Source of the DNA: Trueperaceae bacterium
GTDB taxonomy: Bacteria > Deinococcota > Deinococci > Deinococcales > Trueperaceae
DNA: 64,000 nt
Direction of reading: 5' to 3'
NCBI GenBank assembly: GCA_034520945.1
Contig: JAXHNB010000005.1
Location: forward strand, 736,001 to 800,000
The notes below the pieces were generated by a model. It saw only the letters and a list, made by a program, of their open reading frames with translations. It was not told where the DNA came from and did no database searches. Each line of letters opens with the position of its first letter. The first letter of the stretch is position 1. The translations under genes were made by a program, and so were the position numbers. This document shows, piece after piece, positions 22,665 through 40,758 of this stretch.

Positions 22665-23027
22665 ATGAGTCTGCTGATTCGATGGGCGTTGAACGCCCTG
22701 GCGCTGTGGTTGACGGTGCAACTGAACGTGGGCGTGTCGTTGGCGGCGCAGGGGCTCGGCCCGCTGCTGATCTCGGCGTTGGTGCTGGGCCTCGTCAACG
22801 CCGTCGTGCGTCCGATCATGATCGTGCTGACCCTGCCGCTGACGGTGCTCACCATGGGCCTGTTCCTGCTGGTGGTCAACGCGCTGGCGCTCGGGGTGGT
22901 CGCTGCGTTGACGCCGGTGACGCTGTCCGGCTTCGGCGGAGCGGTGCTCGGCGCTCTGGTGCTCACCGTGATCAGCGCGTTGCTGTCCCGCCTGTTCCAG
23001 GACGAGCGCCCGGTGCGGCTGCGCTGA
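22665..23027 (+). CDS. YvlD-like 4-TM 'phage holin family' membrane protein
   Basis: LGLVNAVVRP...LTLPLTVLTMGLFLLVVNA. Confidence 0.85.
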   Translation: MSLLIRWALNALALWLTVQLNVGVSLAAQGLGPLLISALVLGLVNAVVRPIMIVLTLPLTVLTMGLFLLVVNALALGVVAALTPVTLSGFGGAVLGALVLTVISALLSRLFQDERPVRLR

Positions 23028-23044
23028 GCCCGCCGCGCGCCCGC

Positions 23045-25432
<2,388 letters not shown>

Positions 25433-25528
25433 GCCCGAGTAGACACCGCGTTCCGGGCGGGACCCGTAAGCCGGCCGACGTCGCGCAGGCGACGATGATT
25501 CGTCCCCGACGCCGTTTTCGGACGCGCG

Positions 25529-26398
25529 TCAGTCGCGCTCGCTCCGCCCGCCCTGATCAACGCCTGGGGCCAGCGCGGCGGCGTCGCCCCGCATGCCGGC
25601 GTCACGGGCGGCCGCCAGGAGCCGTACCCGCCCCGGCTCGTCGGGATCGAGGCGCCAGGCGTGCAGGCGCGCCCGCAGGGCGAGGGGTCGGTGCGGCGCG
25701 CGCTCGGCGGCCTCCGCGGCCCGCAGCAGTTCCGCCGCGTCGCCCGTGATCCGGGCGGCCGCCATGCGGGCGCGGGCCTCCCCGGCAGCGTCGCCGACCC
25801 GGAGCGCGCGCTCCAGCGCCCGCTCGGCCAAGCGGGCGGCCTTCTCCGGCACGCCGCCCTCGGCGTGCGCGGTCGCGAGCCCCGCCAGCGGCGCGATGGT
25901 GGGGCCGTCGCCGGGCGAGAACTCGGTGATGCCGAGTGCCTCGCCGAAGGCGGCGCGGGCACGGTCGGGTCGGCCGCGCCAGGTCCAGACCTCGCCCCGG
26001 CCGCACAGCGCGCTGATGGCGAGCGTCCCGTCGCGGGCGCGGCGGGCGTGCGCCAGGGCCCGGTCGAAGTGCCCCTCGGCTTCGTCGATGGAGGGTGCGT
26101 CGCCGTACCACTGCAGCGCGTTGCCGAGCTGCAACGCCAGGTAGCCGTCGTCGGCGATGGCGAGCGCGTCGTACAGCCGCCGCAACGCCTGGTCGATCCG
26201 CCCCGAGAACACCGCCAGTTGCCCCGCGCGGGCCCACAGCCGGACCCGCACCTCGGGCCTCGGGGCGGCGTCCTTCTCCAGAATGCGCACCCCCTCTTCG
26301 AACGCGCGCAACGCCTCGTCCGGGTCGGTCGCGAAGTCGCGGGCGACCTGCCGGAGGAGCGCGTCGGCGCCGGGGCGTCCTTCGTGGGTGGCGTCCAT
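25529..26398 (-). CDS. TPR-like helical hypothetical protein
   Basis: Ala/Arg-rich helical repeats (AEGHFDRALAHAR, ARAAFGEALGI) between rsmB and lon. Confidence 0.7.
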   Translation of the reverse strand: MDATHEGRPGADALLRQVARDFATDPDEALRAFEEGVRILEKDAAPRPEVRVRLWARAGQLAVFSGRIDQALRRLYDALAIADDGYLALQLGNALQWYGDAPSIDEAEGHFDRALAHARRARDGTLAISALCGRGEVWTWRGRPDRARAAFGEALGITEFSPGDGPTIAPLAGLATAHAEGGVPEKAARLAERALERALRVGDAAGEARARMAAARITGDAAELLRAAEAAERAPHRPLALRARLHAWRLDPDEPGRVRLLAAARDAGMRGDAAALAPGVDQGGRSERD

Positions 26399-26456
26399 GG
26401 ACGCACCATATCCGGCGGCGGCCGTGCCGTTCGGCGGCTCGGCCGGCGGGCGGCAT

Positions 26457-27719
26457 CTAGGTGGAGCCCCGTCGCAGTTGGGCCAGGTAGAAGCCGTCGA
26501 GCCCGCCTAGGGGCAGGATCGTCACGCCGGTGTCGTGGGCATGGTGGGGGAGGGGCGGATCGAGCGGCGCCAATGTGAACTCGGGGTGGCGCGCCAAGAA
26601 GGCCTCCATGCGTGCCGGGCCCTCCGCGCGCAGCAGCGAGCACACCGCGTAGGTGAGGGTGCCCTGCGGCGCCGTCAGCGTGGCGGCGGTGTCGAGGAGG
26701 CGGTCCTGCAGCTCGGTCAGGCCGGCGACGTCCTCCTCGCGCAATCGCAAGGGGATCTCGGGGTGCGCGCGAAGCGTGCCGGTGCCGCTGCAGGGCGCGT
26801 CCAGCAAAACGCGCGGGGCGGGGGGGAGGCCGGCCGGCACGGTGCGGAGGTCGGCGCGGTGGTGCCGGACGTGAAGGCCCAGGCGGGCCAGGTTGCGCTC
26901 CGCGCGCGCGATCTTGTCGGCGCCTTGCTCCACGGCCGTGACGTCGGCGCCGGTGGCGGCCAGGAGGGCGGCCTTGACGCCGCGCCCCGAGCAGAGGTCC
27001 AGGACGCGCGTACCGGCCAGCGGCGCGACCGTGCGGGCCACCTGCGCGGAGGCGGGGTTCTGCGGCTGCACGGCGCCGTCCTGATAGGCGCGCAGCTCGG
27101 CCAAGGGGGCCGACGGTCGCACCCGCAGCGTGTTCGGGAGCGGGCCGGGCGTCACCTCGCACCCCTCGTCGCGGAGGCGCTCGGCCGCGTCGTCGGCGTA
27201 CGCCAGCAGCCACAGCGGGGCGGGCGCGCGCATGGCGGCGGTCGCCGCGGCGGCGTCCTCGCCCAGCAGGTCCTCGAAGCGGGCGTAGAGCCAGGGGGGA
27301 AGCGAGGCGGCCGTGGCGGGGTCGGGCGCGCGTGGCGGCGCCACCCGGCGCAGCACGGCGTTGGCCAGGCCGCTGAGGCCGGGACGCCTGCGGCGGATCT
27401 CGCCGACCCACTCGTTGGCGACGGCGTGGGCGGGCGTGCCGCGGACCAGGCGTTCGTAGGCGCCCAAGCGGAGCGCCTCGCGCACGTCGAGGGGCAGGCC
27501 TCCCGGGTCGCGGAGGTTCGGCGCCAACGCCGCGTCCAGCCACGTCCGGTTGCGCACCGCCCCGTAGGCGAGGTCGGTGACGAGGGCGCGTTCGCGGCGC
27601 GACAGTTCGGCGCCCCGGAGGGCGCCGTCGAGGGCGGGCGTGAGGTAGGCGCCGCGGGCGACGCGGATCACGACGTCCAGGGCCAGCGAGCGCGGGCCGG
27701 TCGCGACGCGCGGCGCCAC
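26457..27719 (-). CDS. rsmB: RsmB/Fmu RNA m5C methyltransferase with NusB-like N-domain
   Basis: VLDLCSGRGVK, LLDAPCSGTG, TYAVCS, DGFY, and N-terminal TDLAYGAVR. Confidence 0.88.
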   Translation of the reverse strand: MAPRVATGPRSLALDVVIRVARGAYLTPALDGALRGAELSRRERALVTDLAYGAVRNRTWLDAALAPNLRDPGGLPLDVREALRLGAYERLVRGTPAHAVANEWVGEIRRRRPGLSGLANAVLRRVAPPRAPDPATAASLPPWLYARFEDLLGEDAAAATAAMRAPAPLWLLAYADDAAERLRDEGCEVTPGPLPNTLRVRPSAPLAELRAYQDGAVQPQNPASAQVARTVAPLAGTRVLDLCSGRGVKAALLAATGADVTAVEQGADKIARAERNLARLGLHVRHHRADLRTVPAGLPPAPRVLLDAPCSGTGTLRAHPEIPLRLREEDVAGLTELQDRLLDTAATLTAPQGTLTYAVCSLLRAEGPARMEAFLARHPEFTLAPLDPPLPHHAHDTGVTILPLGGLDGFYLAQLRRGST

Positions 27720-27727
27720 GGGGCCGC

Positions 27728-28387
27728 TCAGTTGCGCGCGGCCATGATGAAGAACAGCAGGTACATCACGCTGCCGGCGGCCGCGGCGACGTAGGTGAGG
27801 GCGGCCGCGTTCAGCACGCTGCGGGCGCCGTCCGAATCGTTCGGCGTGACCAGGCCCAGCTCGTTCAGCTGCACCATGGCGCGGCGAGAGGCGTCGAACT
27901 CGACGGGAAGCGTGACCAGTTGGAAAAGGACCGCCGCCCCGAACAGCACGATGCCCACCTGCAACAGGCCCGTGGCACCCAACAGGAGGCCGAAGATGGC
28001 CAGGTAGGGGCCGAACCGACCGCCGATGTCGGCGACGGGGACCAAGGTGGAGCGCCACTGCAGCGGGGCGTAGGCGCGGTCGTGCTGGATGGCGTGCCCC
28101 ACCTCGTGGGCGGCGACCGCCATGCCGGCGACGGAGGGCCGGTCATGGATCGCCTCCGACAGGCGGACGACCCTCTTGGTGGGGTCGTAGTGGTCGCTGA
28201 GCTGGCCGCCGACCTTCTCGACGCTCACCTTGTCGGTGAGGTTCGCGTGGTCGAGGATCGCCAGCGCGACCTGCTTGCCCGTCAACTCACTGGCATTGGC
28301 CTTCTTGCTCCAGGTGCCGAAGGTCTGCCTGAGGTACCACTGCGCCCCCAGGGTCATCACCATCATCAGAATGAAGATCGCGAACAT
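27728..28387 (-). CDS. membrane zinc metallopeptidase (YugP family)
   Basis: LSDHYDP, AAHEVGHAIQ, TLPVEFDASRRA, AAALTYVA. Confidence 0.92.
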   Translation of the reverse strand: MFAIFILMMVMTLGAQWYLRQTFGTWSKKANASELTGKQVALAILDHANLTDKVSVEKVGGQLSDHYDPTKRVVRLSEAIHDRPSVAGMAVAAHEVGHAIQHDRAYAPLQWRSTLVPVADIGGRFGPYLAIFGLLLGATGLLQVGIVLFGAAVLFQLVTLPVEFDASRRAMVQLNELGLVTPNDSDGARSVLNAAALTYVAAAAGSVMYLLFFIMAARN

Positions 28388-28510
28388 CGTGTCAGGGTTC
28401 TCCTTCTCCGTAGGGTCGGTTTCCGTAAGGTCGGGTGCCGCGTCCGGGCGGCACGGATCGGGCGTCGCGTCGGGGCGGAGGGACGAGCCCCCGCCGGACC
28501 TGAGTCTATC

Positions 28511-28813
28511 TTACGCAGAAGTCTTGAGCGTTTCGTGAGCTTCCGAGGCCCGCCGCACCGCGCAGACGTGAAATCGCAGCGCCGTACGCTCCTCGTCCTG
28601 CAGTTGCAGCTTCACGAACGACGGCACGGCCGTGAGGTCGAGCTCGTCCTCCGCGAGGTAGTTGCGGGCCACCGCGATCGCCTTGGCGGCCTGGTTGACG
28701 GCCTGCGGGCCGATGGCCTGCACCTCGACCTCGCCGGCGTGCCTGAGAAGGGCAGCGATCGCGCCTGCGACCGAGTTGGGCCGGGAGGTTCCGGAGACGC
28801 GCAACACTTCGAT
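28511..28813 (-). CDS. spoVS: SpoVS family protein, probable ATC start
   Basis: EVLRVSGTSRPNSVAGAIA...AIGPQAVNQAAKAIAVAR. SD AAGGGGGTG lies 7 nt before ATC. Confidence 0.9.
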   Translation of the reverse strand: MEVLRVSGTSRPNSVAGAIAALLRHAGEVEVQAIGPQAVNQAAKAIAVARNYLAEDELDLTAVPSFVKLQLQDEERTALRFHVCAVRRASEAHETLKTSA

Positions 28814-28918
28814 GGTCGAACACCCCCTTGCCCCGGAGGTCGTTCGGGGCACCCCCACGCACGGCCGGTCGTCCGCAGGGGACGCCCGGAGAACGGCCGA
28901 CGGCGCGTTCCCCGTTCG

Positions 28919-28947
28919 TTGACATCGAGTCTACCACCTCGTATACT
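28919..28947 (+). promoter_or_regulatory. sigma70-type promoter of the ilv-leu operon
   Basis: TTGACA (28919-28924), 17-bp spacer, TATACT (28942-28947). Confidence 0.85.
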
Positions 28948-28955
28948 CCTTCACA

Positions 28956-29072
28956 GTGAGCGACGACGCACACACCCCCGTCCAGAACGTTGCCGGCCGC
29001 CGCACGTCGTGCGGCCGCGTGCGTATCATTCGGGTTCACGAGCTAGTATCGCTCGGGGGTGCCCCCGCGTAG
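28956..29072 (+). CDS. putative ilv leader peptide (38 aa, or 17 aa from GTG 29019)
   Basis: MSDDAHTPVQNVAGRRTSCGRVRIIRVHELVSLGGAPA*; the V/I/L cluster uses rare ATT, GTT, CTA and GTA codons. Confidence 0.6.
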   Translation: MSDDAHTPVQNVAGRRTSCGRVRIIRVHELVSLGGAPA

Positions 29073-29096
29073 TCGTTCACCGACGCGTACGTGGTC

Positions 29097-29131
29097 CGCG
29101 CCCCGCCGTTCCAAAAGATCGGCGGGGCGCG
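29097..29131 (+). terminator. 12-bp hairpin in the ilvB leader (attenuator candidate)
   Basis: cgcgccccgccg-ttccaaaagat-cggcggggcgcg; no long U-tract. Confidence 0.6.
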
Positions 29132-29170
29132 TTACGTCGCATTCCAGGCCAAGGGCCGATGGAGGATGCC

Positions 29171-30883
29171 ATGAACGGTGCGGAAGTGTTGATGCACGCG
29201 CTCGAACGCCAGGGCGTCGAGATCGTGTTCGGTCACCCCGGCGGCGCGATCATGCCGGTATACGATGCGTTGTACGACGCCAAGCTCCGGCACATCCTCG
29301 TTCGGCACGAGCAGGGCGGGGCGCACGCGGCCGACGCCTACCACCGTGCCTCGGGCCGGCCGGGGGTCGTCTTCGCCACCAGCGGCCCCGGCGCCACCAA
29401 CCTGGTGACCGGTCTGGCCACCGCCATGATGGATTCGAGCGCCGTCGTGGCGATCACCGGCAACGTCGCGACGGACCTGATCGGCACCGACGCCTTCCAG
29501 GAGGCGGACGTGTACGGCATCACCGGGCCGGTGACCAAGCACAACTACCTGGTCAAGCGCGTCGCGGACCTGCCGCGCATCGTGGCCGAGGCGTTCCACA
29601 TCGCCACCACCGGCCGGCCGGGACCGGTGCTGATCGACATCCCCAAGGACGTCCAGAAGGCGGCGTTCGAGGGGGGGCCGCAGGCGTTCGACGTCGAGAT
29701 CGACCTGCCCGGCTACCGCCCGAACTTGGTGGGGCATGCCGGACAGATCCGCAAGGCGGCCAAGGCGATCCGCGAGGCGAAGCGCCCCATCATGATGGTG
29801 GGGGGCGGCTGCCAGGGCGCGGCGGAGGCGGTCATGGGCTTCGCCGACCGCACGGGCGTGCCGATCATCACCACGCTGATGGGCATCGGCGCCTACCCCG
29901 CGGGCGGACCGCAGGCGCTGGGGATGCCCGGCATGCACGGCACGGTCACCAGCAACCGCGCGATCACCGAGTGCGACGTGCTCATCGGGGCCGGACTCCG
30001 GTTCGACGACCGGGTGACCGGCAAGATCAGCCGCTTCGCACCGAACGCGACCGTGGTGCACATCGACGTCGACCCCGCCGAGATCAGCAAGCTGGTACGC
30101 GCCCACGTCCCCGTGGTGGGGGACCTCAAGGACGTGCTGCCACGCCTGGGGGCCGAGCTCGATCGGCTCGAGATCGACGACTGGTGGGACAGGCTGAACG
30201 CCTGGAAGGCGACGTACCCCGAGCGCTACGAGACCGACAAGCCGCTGGTCACCCAAGAGGTCATCCAACTGCTGCAGCGCGAGACCCGGGGCGACTGCAT
30301 CGTCACCACCGAGGTCGGCCAGCACCAGATGTTCGCTGCGCGCCTGTTCCCGACCCACGAGCCACGGACCTGGATCACCTCGGGCGGGCTGGGGACGATG
30401 GGCTTCGGCCTACCCGCCGCCATCGGCGCGTCGTTCGCCCGGCCGGACAAGCAGGTGGTCTGCGTCGCGGGGGACGGCAGCGTGCAGATGAACATCCAAG
30501 AGCTGGCCACGATCGCCAAGAACCGCCTGCCGATCCTGATCGCCATCGTGAACAACGGGGTGTTGGGCATGGTCCGCCAGTGGCAGGAGCTGTTCCACGC
30601 CGAGCGGTTCAGCGAGATTCACCTCGCCGACTCGAACCCGGACTTCGCCAAGTTGGCCGAGGCGTACGGGATCGAGGGCCACACCGTGTCCGACCGTGAG
30701 ACGGCGCAGCGGCTGGTGCCCGAGGTGTTGAGCCGGCGGGGCCCCGCGGTGATCAACTTCATGGTCCACGAGAGCGACAAGATCTACCCGATGGTGCCCG
30801 CGGGCGCCGGCAACGACGAGATGATCATCGGCGATCAGGAACCCGTCATGGCGCCCGCCGCCAAAGAGGAGACCCCGGCATGA
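29171..30883 (+). CDS. ilvB: acetolactate synthase large subunit
   Basis: FGHPGGAI, VRHEQG, TSGPGATN, SGGLGTMGFGLP, GDGS...NN; GGAGG SD. Confidence 0.96.
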   Translation: MNGAEVLMHALERQGVEIVFGHPGGAIMPVYDALYDAKLRHILVRHEQGGAHAADAYHRASGRPGVVFATSGPGATNLVTGLATAMMDSSAVVAITGNVATDLIGTDAFQEADVYGITGPVTKHNYLVKRVADLPRIVAEAFHIATTGRPGPVLIDIPKDVQKAAFEGGPQAFDVEIDLPGYRPNLVGHAGQIRKAAKAIREAKRPIMMVGGGCQGAAEAVMGFADRTGVPIITTLMGIGAYPAGGPQALGMPGMHGTVTSNRAITECDVLIGAGLRFDDRVTGKISRFAPNATVVHIDVDPAEISKLVRAHVPVVGDLKDVLPRLGAELDRLEIDDWWDRLNAWKATYPERYETDKPLVTQEVIQLLQRETRGDCIVTTEVGQHQMFAARLFPTHEPRTWITSGGLGTMGFGLPAAIGASFARPDKQVVCVAGDGSVQMNIQELATIAKNRLPILIAIVNNGVLGMVRQWQELFHAERFSEIHLADSNPDFAKLAEAYGIEGHTVSDRETAQRLVPEVLSRRGPAVINFMVHESDKIYPMVPAGAGNDEMIIGDQEPVMAPAAKEETPA

Positions 30884-31407
30884 GCGCGCGCCGTCACGTC
30901 ATCTCCGTTACCGTTCGCGACCAGCCGGGGGTGCTGGTCCGCATCGCAGGGCTGTTCGCGCGGCGCGGCTTCAACATCGAGTCGCTGTCGGTCGCGCAGT
31001 CCGAGTCGCCCGGCCTGAGCCGCACGACCTTCGTGGTCAACGGCGACTCGGACACGATCGAGCAGGTGAAGAAGCAGCTGCAGAAGCTGATCGACGTGAT
31101 CCGCGTCAATGACCACACCGAGACCCACTTCGTCGACCGTGAGTTGATGCTGATCAAGGTCGCCGTCCGCCACCCCGAGGATCGGGTCGAGATGCGCCAG
31201 ATCGCGCACGACTTCCGGGCCCGCATCGTCGACGTGAGCCGCCGCGCCCTGATCTTCGAGGTGACCGGCGACGAAGGCAAGATGAACGCGTTCATCGAGC
31301 AGATGCGCGACTTCGGCATCGTCGAACTGATCCGTACCGGCCGCGTGGCCCTGCCGCGTAGCGCCGAATCCACCGAAGCGCCCGAACGCCGCGCCCGCGT
31401 GGCGTGA
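30880..31407 (+). CDS. ilvN: acetolactate synthase small subunit
   Basis: [23 protein letters not shown] and ELIRTG. Confidence 0.95.
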   Translation: MSARRHVISVTVRDQPGVLVRIAGLFARRGFNIESLSVAQSESPGLSRTTFVVNGDSDTIEQVKKQLQKLIDVIRVNDHTETHFVDRELMLIKVAVRHPEDRVEMRQIAHDFRARIVDVSRRALIFEVTGDEGKMNAFIEQMRDFGIVELIRTGRVALPRSAESTEAPERRARVA

Positions 31408-31433
31408 CCCGACCCCCTTCAGGAGGCCCCCGC

Positions 31434-32429
31434 ATGGCAGACATCTACTACGACGACGACGCGAACCTGCAACTGCTGGAGGGCAAGACCATCGCCATCC
31501 TCGGCTACGGCAGCCAGGGGCACGCCCACGCCCGCAACGCCCAGGACTCCGGGCTCGACGTGGTGGTGGGGTTGCGGGAGGGCTCGTCCTCCCGCCGCGA
31601 GGCGGAAGCCGCCGGCCTGAAGGTCACCTCGGTCGCCGAGGCGGCCGCGGCCGGCGACATCGTGATGGTGCTGCTCCCCGACGAGGCCCAGGGCGAGGCG
31701 TACCGCGAGCAGATCGCCCCCGGCCTGCGCGAGGGCGACATGCTGATGTTCGCGCACGGCTTCAACGTGCACTTCCATCAGATCGTGGCCCCAGACGGCG
31801 TGGACGTCGCCATGGTGGCCCCGAAAGGGCCCGGCCACCTGGTGCGCCGTGTGTTCGAGCAGGGCGCCGGCGTGCCGTGCCTGCTGGCGGTGCACGTCGA
31901 CGCCACCGGCGAGGCGACGGGGCGCGCGCTGGCCTACGCCAAGGCGATCGGCGGCACCCGCGGCGGCGTGCTGGGGACGACGTTTCAGGAGGAGACCGAG
32001 ACCGACCTGTTCGGCGAGCAGTCGGTGCTGTGCGGCGGCGTGACCGCGTTGATGCAGGCGGGGTTCGAGACGCTGGTCGAGGCGGGCTACCAGCCCGAGA
32101 TCGCCTACTTCGAGTGCGTGCACGAGATGAAGCTGATCGTGGACCTCATCTACGAGGGCGGGTTCGAGCGGATGCGCTACTCGGTCAGCAACACCGCCGA
32201 GTACGGCGACTACCGAACCGGTCCGCGCATCGTGACCGAGAAGACCCGCGACGAGATGCGCCAGGTGCTGGCCGAGATCCGCAACGGCCAGTTCGCGCAG
32301 GAGTACCTGCTCGAGAACCGCGTGGGCCAACCCCGCCTCCGCACCCAGCGCGCCGCGACCGACCGCTCGCAGGTGGCCGAGGTGGGCAAGCGCCTCCGCA
32401 AGATGATGGCCTTCATCGAGGACGGATGA
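31434..32429 (+). CDS. ilvC: ketol-acid reductoisomerase
   Basis: [45 protein letters not shown]. Confidence 0.97.
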   Translation: MADIYYDDDANLQLLEGKTIAILGYGSQGHAHARNAQDSGLDVVVGLREGSSSRREAEAAGLKVTSVAEAAAAGDIVMVLLPDEAQGEAYREQIAPGLREGDMLMFAHGFNVHFHQIVAPDGVDVAMVAPKGPGHLVRRVFEQGAGVPCLLAVHVDATGEATGRALAYAKAIGGTRGGVLGTTFQEETETDLFGEQSVLCGGVTALMQAGFETLVEAGYQPEIAYFECVHEMKLIVDLIYEGGFERMRYSVSNTAEYGDYRTGPRIVTEKTRDEMRQVLAEIRNGQFAQEYLLENRVGQPRLRTQRAATDRSQVAEVGKRLRKMMAFIEDG

Positions 32430-32536
32430 ACGTGAACACGCCGCGCCCCCTCCTTCCCTCCGTGCTCGGCCGGCGTCTACGGCGCGGCCTCGTCGCGGCC
32501 CACCCGCGACTACCGGGCCAGCTGCGGCTTTTCTGA
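32426..32536 (+). CDS. putative Leu-rich leader peptide upstream of leuA (36 aa)
   Basis: ATGA overlap with the ilvC stop. [36 protein letters not shown] has 8 Leu, including 2 CTA and 2 CTT. Confidence 0.6.
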   Translation: MNVNTPRPLLPSVLGRRLRRGLVAAHPRLPGQLRLF

Positions 32537-32583
32537 CCGACCGCGGTCCGCGCACGCCCCCTCTTCGGGAAGGAGATAGGAAC

Positions 32584-34143
<1,560 letters not shown>

Positions 34144-34152
34144 GGAGCCCCC

Positions 34153-35751
34153 ATGCGACCGGTCGAGATCTACGACACCACCCTACGCGACGGGACGCAA
34201 GGACAGGGATTCACCCTGACCAGTGCCGACAAGGTCGCCATCGCCCAGCGGCTGGACGCCTTCGGCGTGGACTTCATCGAAGGGGGCTGGCCCGGCTCCA
34301 ACCCCAAGGACGTCGAGTTCTTCGCCCGCATGCGCGACGTGCCGTTGGTGCAGGCGCGGCTGGCGGCGTTCGGAAGCACGCGCCACAAGGGCCGACGCGC
34401 CGAGGACGACCCCAACCTCGGCGCGCTGATGGAGGCGGGCACCTCGGTGGTCACGGTGTTCGGCAAGTCCTGGACGATGCACGTCACTGAAGCGCTCGGC
34501 GCGACGTTGGACCAGAACCTCGACATGATCCGCGACTCGGTGGCGTACCTGGTGTCGCAGGGACGCGAGGTCGTCTACGACGCCGAGCACTTCTACGACG
34601 GCTGCGCGGCCGACCCGGACTACGCATTCCAGACGCTGGCCGCCGCGGTGGAGGGCGGCGCGTCGCGGCTGGTGCTGTGCGACACCAACGGTGGCACATT
34701 GCCCGAGGAGATCGCGGCGCGGGTGCGGGAGGTCGCGCGACGCTTCGACGCCCCGGTCGGCATCCACACCCACAACGACGCCGAGTTGGCCGTCGCCAAC
34801 GCGCTCGCCGCCGTTCAGGCCGGTGCCGGGCACGTGCAGGGGACCATCGGCGGCTACGGCGAGCGTTGCGGCAACGCCAACCTGGTCTCGGTGCTCGCCA
34901 ACCTCACGCTGAAGCTGGGCTGCCCGCAGCCCCAGAACCTGTCGCAGCTTCGTGAGCTGGCGCGGTACGTGGACGAGCGCGCCAACCTGCAACCCGACCT
35001 GCGCGCCCCCTACGTCGGCGACGCCGCCTTCGCGCACAAGGGCGGCGTGCACGTCTCCGCCGTCGCGAAGCTGCCCGAGACGTACGAGCACGTCGTGCCC
35101 GAGTCGGTCGGCAACGAGCGCCGCATCCTGCTGTCCGACCTGTCGGGGCGCGCCAACGTGCTGGCCAAGGGCGATGGCGACGCCGGCGGCGAGGCGAGCG
35201 AAGGCGCGCGCGACGTGGTGATGCGCATGAAGGAGTTGGAGCACCGGGGGTACGCCTTCGAGGGGGCCGAGGCGTCGTTCCAGCTGATGGCGCGCAAGGT
35301 GCGCGGCGAGCACCGCGCCTACTTCACGGTGCACGGCTATACCGTGGTGATCGACAAGCGCGACCACGAACGGCAGCCCCGCAGCGAGGCCAGCGTCAAG
35401 GTCGAGGTCGACGGCATGATGGAGCACACCGCCGCCGACGGCGACGGGCCCGTCAATGCGCTCGACCGGGCCCTCGGCAAGGCGCTGCGCCGCTTCTACC
35501 CCGAAATCGCCGACGTGTACCTGACCGACTACAAGGTGCGCGTGCTTGGGGGCGACGAGGCCGGCACCGCCAGCGTGATCCGCGTGCAGGTCGAGTTCAG
35601 CGACGGAGGCGAACGCTGGGGCACGGTCGGGGCCAGCACCGACATCATCGACGCCTCCTACGAGGCGCTGATCGACGCCATCGAGTACAAGCTGGTCAAG
35701 GACGGCGTCGCCCCGCGCGACGCCTCCACGGAGGCGACCGCGGCCCCCTAG
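34153..35751 (+). CDS. cimA: citramalate synthase
   Basis: YDTTLRDGTQG, EGGWPGSNPKD, YDAEHF, AFAHKGGVH, GYAFEGAEASF. Confidence 0.92.
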   Translation: MRPVEIYDTTLRDGTQGQGFTLTSADKVAIAQRLDAFGVDFIEGGWPGSNPKDVEFFARMRDVPLVQARLAAFGSTRHKGRRAEDDPNLGALMEAGTSVVTVFGKSWTMHVTEALGATLDQNLDMIRDSVAYLVSQGREVVYDAEHFYDGCAADPDYAFQTLAAAVEGGASRLVLCDTNGGTLPEEIAARVREVARRFDAPVGIHTHNDAELAVANALAAVQAGAGHVQGTIGGYGERCGNANLVSVLANLTLKLGCPQPQNLSQLRELARYVDERANLQPDLRAPYVGDAAFAHKGGVHVSAVAKLPETYEHVVPESVGNERRILLSDLSGRANVLAKGDGDAGGEASEGARDVVMRMKELEHRGYAFEGAEASFQLMARKVRGEHRAYFTVHGYTVVIDKRDHERQPRSEASVKVEVDGMMEHTAADGDGPVNALDRALGKALRRFYPEIADVYLTDYKVRVLGGDEAGTASVIRVQVEFSDGGERWGTVGASTDIIDASYEALIDAIEYKLVKDGVAPRDASTEATAAP

Positions 35752-35939
35752 GGGTGTCCGCCGCCGGCGGCGTTGCGGGGGGCGCCCGGCCGTGGCACCG
35801 GTGGCCCTGCGCGGCGACCGCCGCGGCCGGGTCGTACGCGCTGACGCGACGAGGCCTACGAATCGTAGGCGTGCGCCTCCTGGCGCAAGGGATCGGAAAG
35901 CTTGGGCGGGGTCTTGGCCCGTCACAGACACGACTTTGA

Positions 35940-35968
35940 TTGACACGGTCGGGCGTGGGGGATATTCT
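35940..35968 (+). promoter_or_regulatory. sigma70-type promoter upstream of gltB
   Basis: TTGACA (35940-35945), 17-bp spacer, TATTCT (35963-35968). Confidence 0.75.
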
Positions 35969-36115
35969 TTCCGCCACGGCGCGCGACGCGCGCGCCGTCC
36001 GCGCACCCGATTCCTGACTTGCGATTCCCGATCATCCACGTCGCGTGCGTGCACGGGCCCCGTCCCTGCACCCGCCTCTTCGTTTCCGCGCGTTGCCCAT
36101 CCCGGAGGATCCACC

Positions 36116-40685
<4,570 letters not shown>

Positions 40686-40758
40686 GGCGGCGCGCCGCCT
40701 CGAAGCTCCAGCGGGCCGTGCGGGTCGGTTCGGCGCCCCACGGGGTTCCGGCCCGCGC

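Noticed and set aside
22665..23027. 'Phage holin' as evidence of a prophage
   Set aside because: YvlD-like chromosomal membrane family; no phage genes nearby.
25529..26398. TPR-like gene next to lon as a defence system
   Set aside because: No nuclease, NTPase or effector domain recognised; housekeeping context and host-like codon usage.
28511..28813. spoVS as evidence of sporulation
   Set aside because: SpoVS occurs widely in non-sporulating bacteria, and no other sporulation genes are present.
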